DNA of 64,000 nt, taken from the NCBI GenBank assembly GCA_023416515.1, contig JAEZHP010000030.1:2999-66998 (forward strand). Reading direction: 5' to 3'. Shown here one piece after another: positions 18,440 through 31,146 of the stretch. Source of the stretch: Pseudomonadota bacterium. Its GTDB lineage: Bacteria > Pseudomonadota > Alphaproteobacteria > Sphingomonadales > Sphingomonadaceae. The notes under the pieces were generated by a model that worked only from the letters and a program-made list of their open reading frames with translations, was not told the DNA's origin and searched no databases. Each line of letters starts with the position of its first letter. Within the stretch, counting starts at the first letter, position 1. Both the position numbers and the translations under genes were made by a program.

Positions 18440-19705
18440 TCAGAAGGCGAGGAACGTCAGGACGACCGCCATCGCGGCCGCGCTGACGAGGAGCGGAAGG
18501 GCGGCGCGCAGGCCCTTGCGCCAGCCCGCCAACGCAAGAGCAACGCCGGCCTTGAACAGCGTGTTGAGGAGGACGGGGCCGGCGAGGATCACCCCTGCCC
18601 TCCACGGCTCGATCGTTCCCACGGGCAGCCCGCCCATCGTCACGATCGCGGCATCGACATCGAAACTGCCGCTCACAACGATCAGCGTGGAGACTCCAGC
18701 CTCCCCGAAGCGCGACTCGGCCCAGCGAACCGCGAGAGCCATTGCGGCAACCATGGTTGCGAAGCCGAGAGCCGGCAGCAACTCGAAGGGATTGCGGACC
18801 TCGAACTGATCTTCCTGCTCAGGCGCTTCGCGTTGGCCAACAACGAGCCACACGCTCATGGCGACGGCGAGCACTGCCGCCGGCCCGACCGCGAGGGCGA
18901 GACTCGGCAGGGCGGAGGTCGCGAAGACGGCCGTCATCACGAGAACGCGAAGAAACATCAACGCCGACGCAAGGGCGATGCCGGCTGCGAGGGTGGCGCT
19001 CTCCCCCTGATCGGTCCTGATCCGCTGGGCGAGACCGGCGGTCACCGCGGTCGACGAATAGAGCCCGCCCACCGCCGCCGTCACCAGTGTGCCCCTGCGC
19101 GCGCCGGCTACCTTCGTGGCGATGTAGGCGGCGAACGAGAAGCCGGTGACCAGCACCACCACCAGCCACAGCTCGCGCGGGTTCCACGCGCCGAACGGTC
19201 CGTATCGGGCGTCCGGCAACAACGGCAGGATGACGGCGCTGATGATCGCGAACTGGGCGGTCGCCTGAACATCCTTCGGTCCGAGCGCCGCCACCCAGCT
19301 GTGGATCCTGTCGCGCAGCGCGAGGATTAGGGTCGCCACGGCAGCGGCGGCTACGGCAGGTTCGGGATAGCCGATGGTCACCAGCACTCCTAGGGCGAGC
19401 GTGAGGAGGGCGGCTACCATCGAGGTGGCATCGACATGGCCGTCTAGGCTCATGTCGCGCATGTGGGACACGAGCAGCACCGCGACGATTCCAGCTATCA
19501 GCACGGCGGCGAGGATGGCCGTGGCAAGAAAGCTGATGAGGCCGCAAATGCCGCCCAGCAGGCCCAGCAGGCCGAATGTCCGCAAGCCGGCGACGCGCTG
19601 CCCATCCGGCTCGTCGCGCAGTCTCCAGCCGCGCTCCGTACCGATTAGGAGCCCCACCCCGAGGGCGGTTGCCAGCCCCGAAAGCAATGACCAACTCGGC
19701 ATCAC
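18440..19705 (-). CDS. MgtC/SapB family + DUF4010 membrane protein
   Basis: GLLIGTERGW..VAGLRTFGLLG; GGLYSSTAVT; DVDAAI. Confidence 0.9.
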   Translation of the reverse strand: MMPSWSLLSGLATALGVGLLIGTERGWRLRDEPDGQRVAGLRTFGLLGLLGGICGLISFLATAILAAVLIAGIVAVLLVSHMRDMSLDGHVDATSMVAALLTLALGVLVTIGYPEPAVAAAAVATLILALRDRIHSWVAALGPKDVQATAQFAIISAVILPLLPDARYGPFGAWNPRELWLVVVLVTGFSFAAYIATKVAGARRGTLVTAAVGGLYSSTAVTAGLAQRIRTDQGESATLAAGIALASALMFLRVLVMTAVFATSALPSLALAVGPAAVLAVAMSVWLVVGQREAPEQEDQFEVRNPFELLPALGFATMVAAMALAVRWAESRFGEAGVSTLIVVSGSFDVDAAIVTMGGLPVGTIEPWRAGVILAGPVLLNTLFKAGVALALAGWRKGLRAALPLLVSAAAMAVVLTFLAF

Positions 19706-19787
19706 GGCCGCCTGCCCATCCTGCGCGCGAACCTAGTGAGAAATCGCTTCATGCTACGAAGCTAGCCGAACACGAGGGGCTCGAAGC

Positions 19788-19844
19788 TAGGGGATGTTCC
19801 TTAAGGGAGGATCCCACTCGGCCGGGCTTAAGTGACATTGCGTA
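19788..19844. promoter_or_regulatory. Two TA(A/G)G-N8-C(G/T)TA sites in the divergent mgtC/usp promoter
   Basis: TAGG-GGATGTTC-CTTA (19788-19803) and TAAG-TGACATTG-CGTA (19829-19844). Confidence 0.55.
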
Positions 19845-19914
19845 TCCCGGTTAGCCGGCCCGCGGACTAGCATCGCCCGCAATATAGATCGAGATCGAGC
19901 AGCGGAGCACGGCA

Positions 19915-20757
19915 ATGAAGCGAATTCTCGTCGCCACCGACCTCACCGCGCGGTCCGCGTTCGCCATCGGGCGGGGTTCCCGAATCGCGGCGAAGCAGGA
20001 GGCTGAACTCCGCTTCGTTCACGTTTCCCATTTTGGCGCGACCGACGATGACCGTGCGGTGGCCCGCCGCAAGCTGTTCGGACAGGTGGAAGGCCATGTC
20101 GGCGCACCCGCGGGAGCCAAGCTGGACGCGGCTATCACCATCGCGGCAGGCGCCGTGCCGGAGGCGATCCTTGAAGAAGCGCGCCAATTTAGCGCCGACC
20201 TGATCGTGCTCGGCGCGCATGGCGAACCCAGTCTCAAGGATGTAATTTTCGGAACCACGACAGCTTTCGTCATCCGCAACTCGCGAATTCCGGTGCTGGT
20301 CGTGCAGGAAGACCACAGCATTCCCTATCACACCGTAATGGCCGCGGTCGTCGGCGACGAGGACGACCGGCTGCTGGAGACTGCCTTCAGGATTGCCCCG
20401 GCCCACGACGTCTATGTCGTCCATGCCTTCCCGTCTCCGTGGCGGGAGTTGATCGGCGTCGGCAGTGTGATGGAAGACACCCGGACGGAGCAGGAGGTGC
20501 AGACGCTGCGGGTCCGCCGAAGCCTGTCCGCGGTCGGCAAGGCGCCGTCGGCGGCGCGGCTCCACAACATCGTCGAGGAGGGCGATGTGATGGAGGTTAT
20601 CGATCGTGCCTGGCGCAAGGCCGAGCCCGATCTGCTGATCCTTGGAACCCATGGCCGCGGCGGCCTCCACCGCCTGTTCTTCGGCAGCTATGCCGAGAGC
20701 GTCCTGCTCGGCTACCGCTCCGACCTTCTGGTGATGCGCACCGGCGACGCCGTGTGA
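19915..20757 (+). CDS. Universal stress protein (tandem USP)
   Basis: MKRILVATDL, ADLIVLGAHG..FGTT, DLLILGTHGRGG..FGSYAE. Confidence 0.92.
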   Translation: MKRILVATDLTARSAFAIGRGSRIAAKQEAELRFVHVSHFGATDDDRAVARRKLFGQVEGHVGAPAGAKLDAAITIAAGAVPEAILEEARQFSADLIVLGAHGEPSLKDVIFGTTTAFVIRNSRIPVLVVQEDHSIPYHTVMAAVVGDEDDRLLETAFRIAPAHDVYVVHAFPSPWRELIGVGSVMEDTRTEQEVQTLRVRRSLSAVGKAPSAARLHNIVEEGDVMEVIDRAWRKAEPDLLILGTHGRGGLHRLFFGSYAESVLLGYRSDLLVMRTGDAV

Positions 20758-20891
20758 TCGCCTCTGGCGCATCTGGTTACGGGGCGAAGCGCGGCTTGGC
20801 GGCCCATCGCCCCTCAGGCCGAGCGGGATTCAGCGAACGAAGAGTCCGCCCCGCAAGGAAACGAGCGCGCCGCCCTTGACCCGCCCTATCC

Positions 20892-21707
20892 TTAATGGCC
20901 GATCAGCAGCGGAACGTCGTCCTGCTTGAGCAGGCTGCGGGTCGTGCCGCCCAGCACGGCCTCGCGGAATCGCGAATGGCCATAGCCGCCCATCACGACA
21001 TAAGCGGCACCGACCTGCTGGGCCTCATGGGCGATCGCCTCCGAGACCTCCCGATTGCCCCGCTGGGTCTCGCGCACCTCGGCGGTGACGCCATGCAGCG
21101 CGAGATATTCGGCGGCTTGGGTGGCCGGGAACTCTGAAGGTTCCTCGGTGACGGTGACGATGTTCACGGCGGATGCCGCTTGGAGCATCGGCAAGGCAGC
21201 ACGTAGCGCGTTGCAGGACTCCGCCGAACCGTTCCAGGCGATCAGCGCGCGGCCGAGACAGTTGAACGACCGGCTGCCCTTCGGAACCGTCAGAACCGGC
21301 GTGCGCGCATGGGTCACCGTCTCACCCGCCAGGGCGAGCGCCTGCCGGGAGAAGGCGCCATTGGTGCCCGGCTGCGTCAGAACGATGATGTCGGCCATGC
21401 GCGAATAGTGAACCAGGGCCTGTGCCGGGTCGCCGTCGATCTCGATCCAGTTCCAGCACAGCCCTTCGGCGCGAAGGCGGGCCTCCAGACGTTCGCGACT
21501 GGTCTCCTTCTGCTTGTTGAGCTCCGCCATCAGCTCTGGGATGGCGTATAGCCCGCCGAAGGGATCGGCGAGGATATAGCCCTCGTTGTAGGGCGTGACC
21601 TGGGCACAGTTGATGTGACCTTCATACGCGCGGGCGAGGTCGAATGCGGCCTGCAGGCGCGCTTCAAGGCCTTCATCCTCGTTGGCGTAGAGCAGGATCG
21701 ATTTCAT
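20892..21707 (-). CDS. Universal stress protein
   Basis: MKSILL, LIAWNGSAES, VMGGYGHSRFREAVLGGTTR; GGGAGA RBS. Confidence 0.92.
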   Translation of the reverse strand: MKSILLYANEDEGLEARLQAAFDLARAYEGHINCAQVTPYNEGYILADPFGGLYAIPELMAELNKQKETSRERLEARLRAEGLCWNWIEIDGDPAQALVHYSRMADIIVLTQPGTNGAFSRQALALAGETVTHARTPVLTVPKGSRSFNCLGRALIAWNGSAESCNALRAALPMLQAASAVNIVTVTEEPSEFPATQAAEYLALHGVTAEVRETQRGNREVSEAIAHEAQQVGAAYVVMGGYGHSRFREAVLGGTTRSLLKQDDVPLLIGH

Positions 21708-21760
21708 TATGCGTCTCCCTGTGATCGACATAAGTTACGGGGCGACGCTCGGCCCTTCAC

Positions 21761-21813
21761 TACGCAGTTTCCCGGATCGGTATGGTCCACCGGCGCATCC
21801 GTAGATACACGTA
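21761..21813. promoter_or_regulatory. Two inverted TACG-N8-CGGA sites in a divergent promoter
   Basis: TACG-CAGTTTCC-CGGA (21761-21776) and TCCG-TAGATACA-CGTA (21798-21813). Confidence 0.6.
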
Positions 21814-21849
21814 TGGGAAGGCTATCGGGGCAACCGGCATTGCAGGCAT

Positions 21850-22227
21850 ATGACCTGGCATTCCCTGCGACTCGAGCTCGCCCGCACAGCAGAGTTTCCG
21901 AACGGTTCTCCGAGCCGCTGCTACCTGCTGCGCCTGCCCATCGATGCCACGGGATTGATCGAAGAAGCCGCGCTGGGGGCAGAACCGGCCCGCGCGACGG
22001 TCCGGCGATTCTGGCCCAACGAGGCCGACCTGTCCGGCTATGTGATCCGCACGCCGCGCGGCTGGGCCTTCTCCTATCGGCCGAGTGAGGATGACGACGA
22101 GACCGTCTTCCATCTCGAAACCCACGCGCTCCGGCTGGGCGAATATATCACCCTTACGGAGCCGGACGGCCAGCAACTCCCCTTCCGGATCGCCAATCTC
22201 AGGCCCGCGGACACCGTTACGGCCTGA
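21850..22227 (+). CDS. Hypothetical protein next to fixJ
   Basis: 125-aa ORF (RLELARTAEFPNGS..YLLRLP..RRFWPNE), protein-like, fills the gap. Confidence 0.75.
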   Translation: MTWHSLRLELARTAEFPNGSPSRCYLLRLPIDATGLIEEAALGAEPARATVRRFWPNEADLSGYVIRTPRGWAFSYRPSEDDDETVFHLETHALRLGEYITLTEPDGQQLPFRIANLRPADTVTA

Positions 22228-22230
22228 AGC

Positions 22231-22852
22231 CTAATCGCCGTCTGCCTGGTCCTCGCCGAGGCCGGCAACGAAGGCGACTCGAAGCGCTTCGGAGAGGCTC
22301 GCGACGCCGAGCTTGGCCATCAGGTTCGCGCGGTGAATCTCCACGGTCCGCGGGCTGATGTCGAGATCATAGGCGATCGTCTTGTTCGGGTGACCGCGAA
22401 CCAGGCCTTTCAGCACCTCGAGCTCGCGAGGGGTCAAGGCGTTCAACCGCACCTGCGCCTCGTCCGCCCGGTCCCGGCGGCGGTCGGCATTGTCGATGCG
22501 CGCGAACGCTTCATCGATCGCGCTCATCAGCACCGCCTTCTCGAACGGCTTCTCGATGAAGTCGACGGCGCCCCCCTTCATCGCCTGGACCGCGACGTTG
22601 ATATCGCCATGGCCCGTCATCACGATCACCGGCAGAGTCGATCCCCGTGCCTGAAGCTCCCGCTGAACCTCGAGCCCGTCCATCCCTGGCATGCGCACGT
22701 CGATGAGGATGCAGCCCGGATCGAGTTCGCGCTCCTTCAAGAACTCCACTCCCGAGTCGAAGCTCTTCACCGCAAAGCCCGAGGTCTTCAGCATGAACCC
22801 GGCGGACCGTCGGATCGCCTCGTCGTCGTCGACCAGATAAACGATCCTCGAA

Positions 22853-22866
<14 letters not shown>
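22231..22866 (-). CDS. fixJ: Two-component response regulator FixJ
   Basis: VDDD, DVRMP, TGHGD, DFIEKP receiver plus LuxR HTH (NKTIAYDLDISPRTVEIHRANLM). Confidence 0.93.
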
Positions 22867-26161
<3,295 letters not shown>

Positions 26162-26407
26162 CTTGGCCCTGCTGCGAGGACCGCGGCGGGGATCGACAAT
26201 TTTGTGCTCGTCCGGGGAGGGACGTGGGCGGCGGCACTTGGGGACATCGCACTGTTACCGATGTCAAAGGCTGGACGGGAGCGTAGCGACCGACCGACCC
26301 TCAAGGCATCACTGTCCAATGCAAGCGCGAGACGCGAAAGGTAGCCAGAACGAAGTCAAATCCTTGTGGGCTGACGTGTTCGAGGAACACGCCAAGTTGG
26401 GGCACCC

Positions 26408-26580
26408 CAGCCTCGTGTCGGACTCATGACCGGCCTAGCGGCTCGCAGCGGCTGATCGATCCGGATCGTCCGCACGGGGATCGAAGTGGCGGTCCTCGCC
26501 CTCGGCTGGGTGCTCGGCGGCACCGTTGGGCTCGGCACAACCCTGTACGCGATCAGAATCGGTCCGATCGTTCGCGCTCG
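26408..26580 (+). pseudogene. C-terminal remnant of a YczE/YitT-like membrane protein
   Basis: Reads QPRVGLMTGLAARSG*SIRIVRTGIEVAVLALGWVLGGTVGLGTTLYAIRIGPIV; in-frame TGA at 26453 where Trp is expected; 5' part missing. Confidence 0.7.
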
Positions 26581-26600
26581 GCTTCTGGCGGGAGTTGCTT

Positions 26601-26816
26601 TCAATGAGCCGCGCTACGAAGCGCTGGGAACCCGTGGATGATATGATGGCAATCGAGCGTCTTATGGTCGAGTTGCAGGAAGAGATTGCCCTGCATGAGG
26701 GCGGTTGACCCGAAGAGATAATTTTCAGGCAACCGATACCAGTCCTCTCCGTATTCCCATCGGGCGAGGTGGACGCCGTTTCGAAGCTCAGCGAGATCCA
26801 CGACTGGATCGCTCAA
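26601..26816 (-). CDS. Hypothetical protein
   Basis: TTG start overlapping the stop of the upstream small ORF. Confidence 0.3.
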   Translation of the reverse strand: MSDPVVDLAELRNGVHLARWEYGEDWYRLPENYLFGSTALMQGNLFLQLDHKTLDCHHIIHGFPALRSAAH

Positions 26817-26983
26817 GCGCCCCCTCTCAACCCGAGCAGGCGCTCATGGGCGTCAGCCAAGCGTTCATAACTCTCGGCCAGCGAGAGGTAAGTATCTTCC
26901 AGTGCGGAAGTCGGCGCTCGCGAGGCAGCCAACCTCTCTTGCAGGGCGCGACGACGGAGATCTTGAATCTGATCCGAATCCAT
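26813..26983 (-). CDS. Small helical hypothetical protein
   Basis: MDSDQIQDLRRRALQERLAASRA..YLSLAESYERLA, resembles small sphingomonad proteins. Confidence 0.6.
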   Translation of the reverse strand: MDSDQIQDLRRRALQERLAASRAPTSALEDTYLSLAESYERLADAHERLLGLRGGA

Positions 26984-27078
26984 GATTGTCCCGCCCCTGT
27001 GGGTTGCCTTGAACGTAGCAGGGAAGCTGTTGAAATACAGCAATAAAATGGGCGAGGGATCACCGATGCGGGCCCGCC

Positions 27079-27351
27079 TTAGGGCGCATCATCAATCTCG
27101 ACAGGCACAAGGACGCGGGCCACCTCTTCTCCGCTCGGCCCGGCCGGCACGTCGTCGAGGAGACTGGGTGAGGGAATCCCATCGTAGAACTCTGCCGAAA
27201 CCCGGACTCGGCCCGTAAGCGCTTCCCCTGCGTTGCGCACGGCATCCATGACGGTCGCTCCCGTCGACCTGCACTCGGGAAGGTCCGGAAAGAACGCGCT
27301 AAACCCATCATCCGCTCGATGCACAATCAGCGGAAAATAGACGACTTCCAC
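27079..27351 (-). CDS. Solo HicB-like antitoxin domain
   Basis: YFPLIVH..FSAFFPDLPECRSTGATV..A..EAL..IPSPS; GGAGG RBS. Confidence 0.8.
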   Translation of the reverse strand: MEVVYFPLIVHRADDGFSAFFPDLPECRSTGATVMDAVRNAGEALTGRVRVSAEFYDGIPSPSLLDDVPAGPSGEEVARVLVPVEIDDAP

Positions 27352-27758
27352 CCGTAATCCTCCAGCTAGGTGGGCGGGATGATTGTCGCAACTATACCGG
27401 TTCCGCTTTCCTGTTGAGAAGCGTCCTTCGCCGTCGCCAGTCCGCGGAGAAGGACTGCGTCACTGAACTCCGGATGCCGGTCGCGGCAGCCAATGCCGAA
27501 CGCTTTTTTTTGGTCACCGCAACCACCAAACTTTGATTGAGTTTAAGCTCCGGTACCGACCAGTGCATGTCGACGTTTGGAACAGTATGACTGACTCATC
27601 GTCCGCCAGCGAGGCGGAGCGGGCCTCCAAGGAAGCGCGGGAGGCACTGAAGCGCGCGAAGCAGATCGTTGCACGATCGAAGGTGCTCTTGTGGACCAGC
27701 AACCTGAAAGCTGACCCGATCGAGGGTCCGCGCTCGGAGCCGCAGCCGGAAAAAAGCA

Positions 27759-27956
27759 ATGCCGCCTTATCGGCTCCTGTTCTTTCACGGCCCACGCCTT
27801 GAGCGCTGGGAATGGTTAGAGGCGAGCGGCTATGCGGCTGCCCTTGATGAAGCTGCGCGCAAAGTGACGACATCTTCCGACGAGTGCGTGGAGTTGTGGT
27901 CTTCCGGGAAGCGGCTCGCGACGTTTCGACCTCGTCGCGGCACCGGTCGAGCGTAG
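27759..27956 (+). CDS. Small hypothetical protein
   Basis: MPPYRLLFF..LEA..AAAL..VELW..KRLA pattern common in alphaproteobacterial small proteins. Confidence 0.55.
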   Translation: MPPYRLLFFHGPRLERWEWLEASGYAAALDEAARKVTTSSDECVELWSSGKRLATFRPRRGTGRA

Positions 27957-28230
27957 CGCTGGTTTGGTAGGGGAACTGCACCCGAGTTCGTCGATTGTTT
28001 CGCTGGCGGCTCGTACCAGTTGGGCCGGACTGTGAACCGAGGGCGCCCAGCGGTCTCGTTGAGCGCCCTTTTTCAGCTGAGCGGGTTTAAGCCTCGGCCA
28101 GTGTCGAAGCCTGGGCGTCCGGCAAGGTCGGCATTTGGGCTACTGCAAAGGCCGTTGAGCGTCCGCAATGGGCGCCACTTCGCCGAGAACAACGGGCGAG
28201 CGCTTCCTCGAGAATGCCCGCCCGGTTCAA

Positions 28231-28862
28231 TCAGACTTCGGTGCCTTCAGCCAATGCAAGAGCGTCCTCGACCTCCACTCCCAGGTATCTCACCGTTGTT
28301 TCGATCTTGGTGTGCCCAAGCAGGATCTGGACGGCTCTCAGATTACCGGTCTGCTTGTAGATGATTGCTGCCTTCGTTCGGCGCAGCGAATGCGTGCCGT
28401 AATCCTGTCGGCGGAGGCCGACCGCGGTCACCCATTCGTCGACAAGCCTCGCATACTGGCGAGTGCTGATGTGATTGCCTTGGTCCGTGCGGCTCGAAAA
28501 TGCGAAATCCTCAAGGGCGCCGCCGGGCCGCTCGAGCCAATCGAGAATACTAGCTCGTGCAGGCTCTAGAAGCTCAAACTGCACGGGCCTTCCGGTCTTC
28601 TGCTGGATGACCATCGCCCGCGTCCAAACGCGGCCACCGCTCACCGGATCGCTGATATGCACCTTCACGAGGTTGCAGCCACGGAGCTCGCTGTCGATCG
28701 CCGGATGGAAAAGGGCGCGATCTCTGAGCCTGCGCGCTCGTTCGAGCCAGAAGCGGATCGCCCAGACCTGCTTTGGCTTCAGAGGCGTTTTGCACCGAGC
28801 TTGTGGCCCAAATTCCATGCCGGTCGATGATCCTGCCCGGGATCGTAAATTGAATGTCCCAT
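28231..28862 (-). pseudogene. Small (about 210 aa) tyrosine recombinase with a frameshift near 28785
   Basis: RBS + MGHSIYDPGQDHRPAWNLGHKLGAKR then stop; body (LKPKQVWAIR, LRG, HSLRRT, LLGH, VRYLG) is in another frame; span 632 nt, one base short. Confidence 0.8.
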
Positions 28863-28984
28863 GCTTCTTCTCCTCAACGGCCAAAATCTGGCCAGGACGA
28901 GAACTGCGGGACGCTTCGAGCGATCTGGTCGAGACCAGCTAATCCTGGCCGTGGTGCTGGCCCGCCGCCGATAGCGCCTCTATA

Positions 28985-29185
28985 GTGGCGCCCATGAAGA
29001 AGGCAGGTCGTCTCAATTTCGCTGAACGAGCTCGAGAGAAGCAGGCCGCTCGCGATGCTGACGCGGACGACTTGGCCTCAGGCCGGCGCTCTGCCGCTGA
29101 AATCAGCCACTCCAACAACATGTTTTCCGCGCTCGGTCCAACGGCGCTGAGAAATGCCCGAGTGATCTTTCCAGAGAAGAAATAG
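28985..29185 (+). CDS. Small hypothetical protein
   Basis: 66-aa ORF (AREKQAARDADADDLASGR), protein-like. Confidence 0.45.
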   Translation: MAPMKKAGRLNFAERAREKQAARDADADDLASGRRSAAEISHSNNMFSALGPTALRNARVIFPEKK

Positions 29186-29339
29186 GCGAGGCGGAAGTCC
29201 AACTCCTTTGAGAGTCTGGCCGTAAGCGGACCAGCCGTTCTTGGGCGCTGGCAGACGAAAGCTGCCGTAGGTCTCGTATCTGGATCGCGGCGGACACACC
29301 CTGCGAGGCACGATCGTCGAGGTAGCGTGTTGGGCGTCC

Positions 29340-30620
29340 ATGCGAGCAGGTGTTCAGTCGACGAGGCCGAGTTCAGGTAGGGGCGTCCGGTCGTCACCGG
29401 GCTCCGCCGCGCCGCGCTATGATCACGCCCGCCTGAACGCGCTCTTGGAAAAGGCTTGGCGGCGGGGATGGTTGCCGCGGCCCGTTCTTGACGCCGACGT
29501 TCTGATCGCTGCCGCGCGGAAGCGAACCGGTCTAGAAACGCTTGGCGCGGACCGAGGATGGTCGGATCGGCTCCAGATTGTCACGCAGGCGCTTCATGAT
29601 GAAGCGCGGCTGAGCTCGCTGGGGCAGGTTATTGCCTACGGCCAGCTCGTCGCCGCCCTCGCCAACCGCGCGCGGATGCACGCGCTGTGGCAGCGTCACC
29701 CGGACATCCTCGACCAGCAAGTATGGGCCCCGATCATCATTCTCGGCCAGATGCGGTCCGGAAGCACGCGGGTGCAGCGCCTTCTCGCCTGCGATCCGCG
29801 TCTCGCTCACACGCGCTTTTTCGAGAGCTGGAACCCGGTGCCGGCCCGCACCCGGCGCCTGGCGATCGACGACCGCCGCCTGCGCGGCTGGATCGCGCTT
29901 CGCGCCGCACGCTGGCTCAATCCCGACTTCGACGTCATCCATCCGACCGGCACCGCCCAGCCCGACGAGGAGATCGGTTTCCACAACATCGCCATCTTCG
30001 GCTCCGCCTACGAGGCGCAGTGGCGCGTGCCGAGCTTCGCTGGGGCGTGCGAGACGATGGACACGCGTCCAATTTATGGCGAGTTCAGGCGCCTGCTCCA
30101 GACCGTCGCCTGGCTTCGCCGCGAGCCCGGCGACCGCCCTTGGATCCTGAAGCTTCCGCAGATGACCCAGGACCTGGACGCGATCCTCGCGACCTTTCCC
30201 GACGCTCGGCTCATCTGCCTTGACCGGCCGGCGTCGGCTCTGGTCGCCTCGTCGGCCTCGCTGGTGTACAACCAGATGCGGGTCCAGTCCAACGCCGTCG
30301 ATCCGCACTGGATCGGCCGGGAATGGCTGCGCAAAGTGGTCCTCCGCCAACGCCGCACCGCTTCGGCGCGAGCACGTTTCGACGGTCCGCAGGTCGACGT
30401 GACGTTCGACGAGATCAACGCCGACTGGCGGGCCGCGATGCGGAAGGTCTACGCCATGCTCGGGATGCCGCTCCTCCCCGAGGCCGAGGCGCGCATGGCG
30501 CGCTACCTCGAGCAAAAACGCCATCGCAAGCTGACGAACCATCTCTATTCATTGGAGCAGTTCGGCCTCACCGAAGCCGAGGTTGAGGCCGCTACTGATG
30601 TTACCCGCTTTGTGCGGTAG
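29340..30620 (+). CDS. PAPS-dependent sulfotransferase (Sulfotransfer_3-like)
   Basis: 5'-PSB loop PIIILGQMRSGST, PDEE, WILKLP, FPDARLICLDRP..VASSAS, terminal HLYSLEQFGLT; start uncertain. Confidence 0.88.
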   Translation: MRAGVQSTRPSSGRGVRSSPGSAAPRYDHARLNALLEKAWRRGWLPRPVLDADVLIAAARKRTGLETLGADRGWSDRLQIVTQALHDEARLSSLGQVIAYGQLVAALANRARMHALWQRHPDILDQQVWAPIIILGQMRSGSTRVQRLLACDPRLAHTRFFESWNPVPARTRRLAIDDRRLRGWIALRAARWLNPDFDVIHPTGTAQPDEEIGFHNIAIFGSAYEAQWRVPSFAGACETMDTRPIYGEFRRLLQTVAWLRREPGDRPWILKLPQMTQDLDAILATFPDARLICLDRPASALVASSASLVYNQMRVQSNAVDPHWIGREWLRKVVLRQRRTASARARFDGPQVDVTFDEINADWRAAMRKVYAMLGMPLLPEAEARMARYLEQKRHRKLTNHLYSLEQFGLTEAEVEAATDVTRFVR

Positions 30621-30669
30621 CCGGCTCGCCGAGGTGGACGGCCATGATCCCAAATTCTAGTGCGGTGAC

Positions 30670-31146
30670 ATGAGCGAGTCTTGGCCCCTCGGAGTGGCGA
30701 TCGCCATCGCGACGGTCGCGGCGATGGAGGTCGTCGCGAACCTCGTCCATCGCTACGTCATGCACGGCTTCGGCTGGGGCTGGCACCGCTCCCACCACGA
30801 GCCGCGCGACGGGGTCTTCGAGCGCAACGACCTCTACGCGGTGGTCTTCGCGCTGCTGAGCGTGATCCTCTTCGTGCTCGGAGAGACCTTGCCCCTCCTG
30901 TGGTGGGTGGCCGTGGGGATGGCCGGCTACGGGATCATCTACGCCATCTTCCATGACGGGCTCGTCCACCGCCGCCTTTCCTTCTTTCCAGTCCCGCGCA
31001 GCGGCTATCTCAAGCATCTCGTCCAGGCGCACCGGCTCCACCACGCGGTGCGCGAACGTGAGGGCGCGGTTTCCTTCGGCTTCCTCTACGCGCCTACTTT
31101 GGCCCGCCTGAAGAAGCAGTTGAGGGAGCGGAGCGGGGCGCCGTGA
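30670..31146 (+). CDS. crtZ: Beta-carotene 3,3'-hydroxylase
   Basis: HRYVMHGFGWGWHRSHH, FERNDLY, HDGLVHRR, QAHRLHHA, VSFGF. Confidence 0.96.
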   Translation: MSESWPLGVAIAIATVAAMEVVANLVHRYVMHGFGWGWHRSHHEPRDGVFERNDLYAVVFALLSVILFVLGETLPLLWWVAVGMAGYGIIYAIFHDGLVHRRLSFFPVPRSGYLKHLVQAHRLHHAVREREGAVSFGFLYAPTLARLKKQLRERSGAP

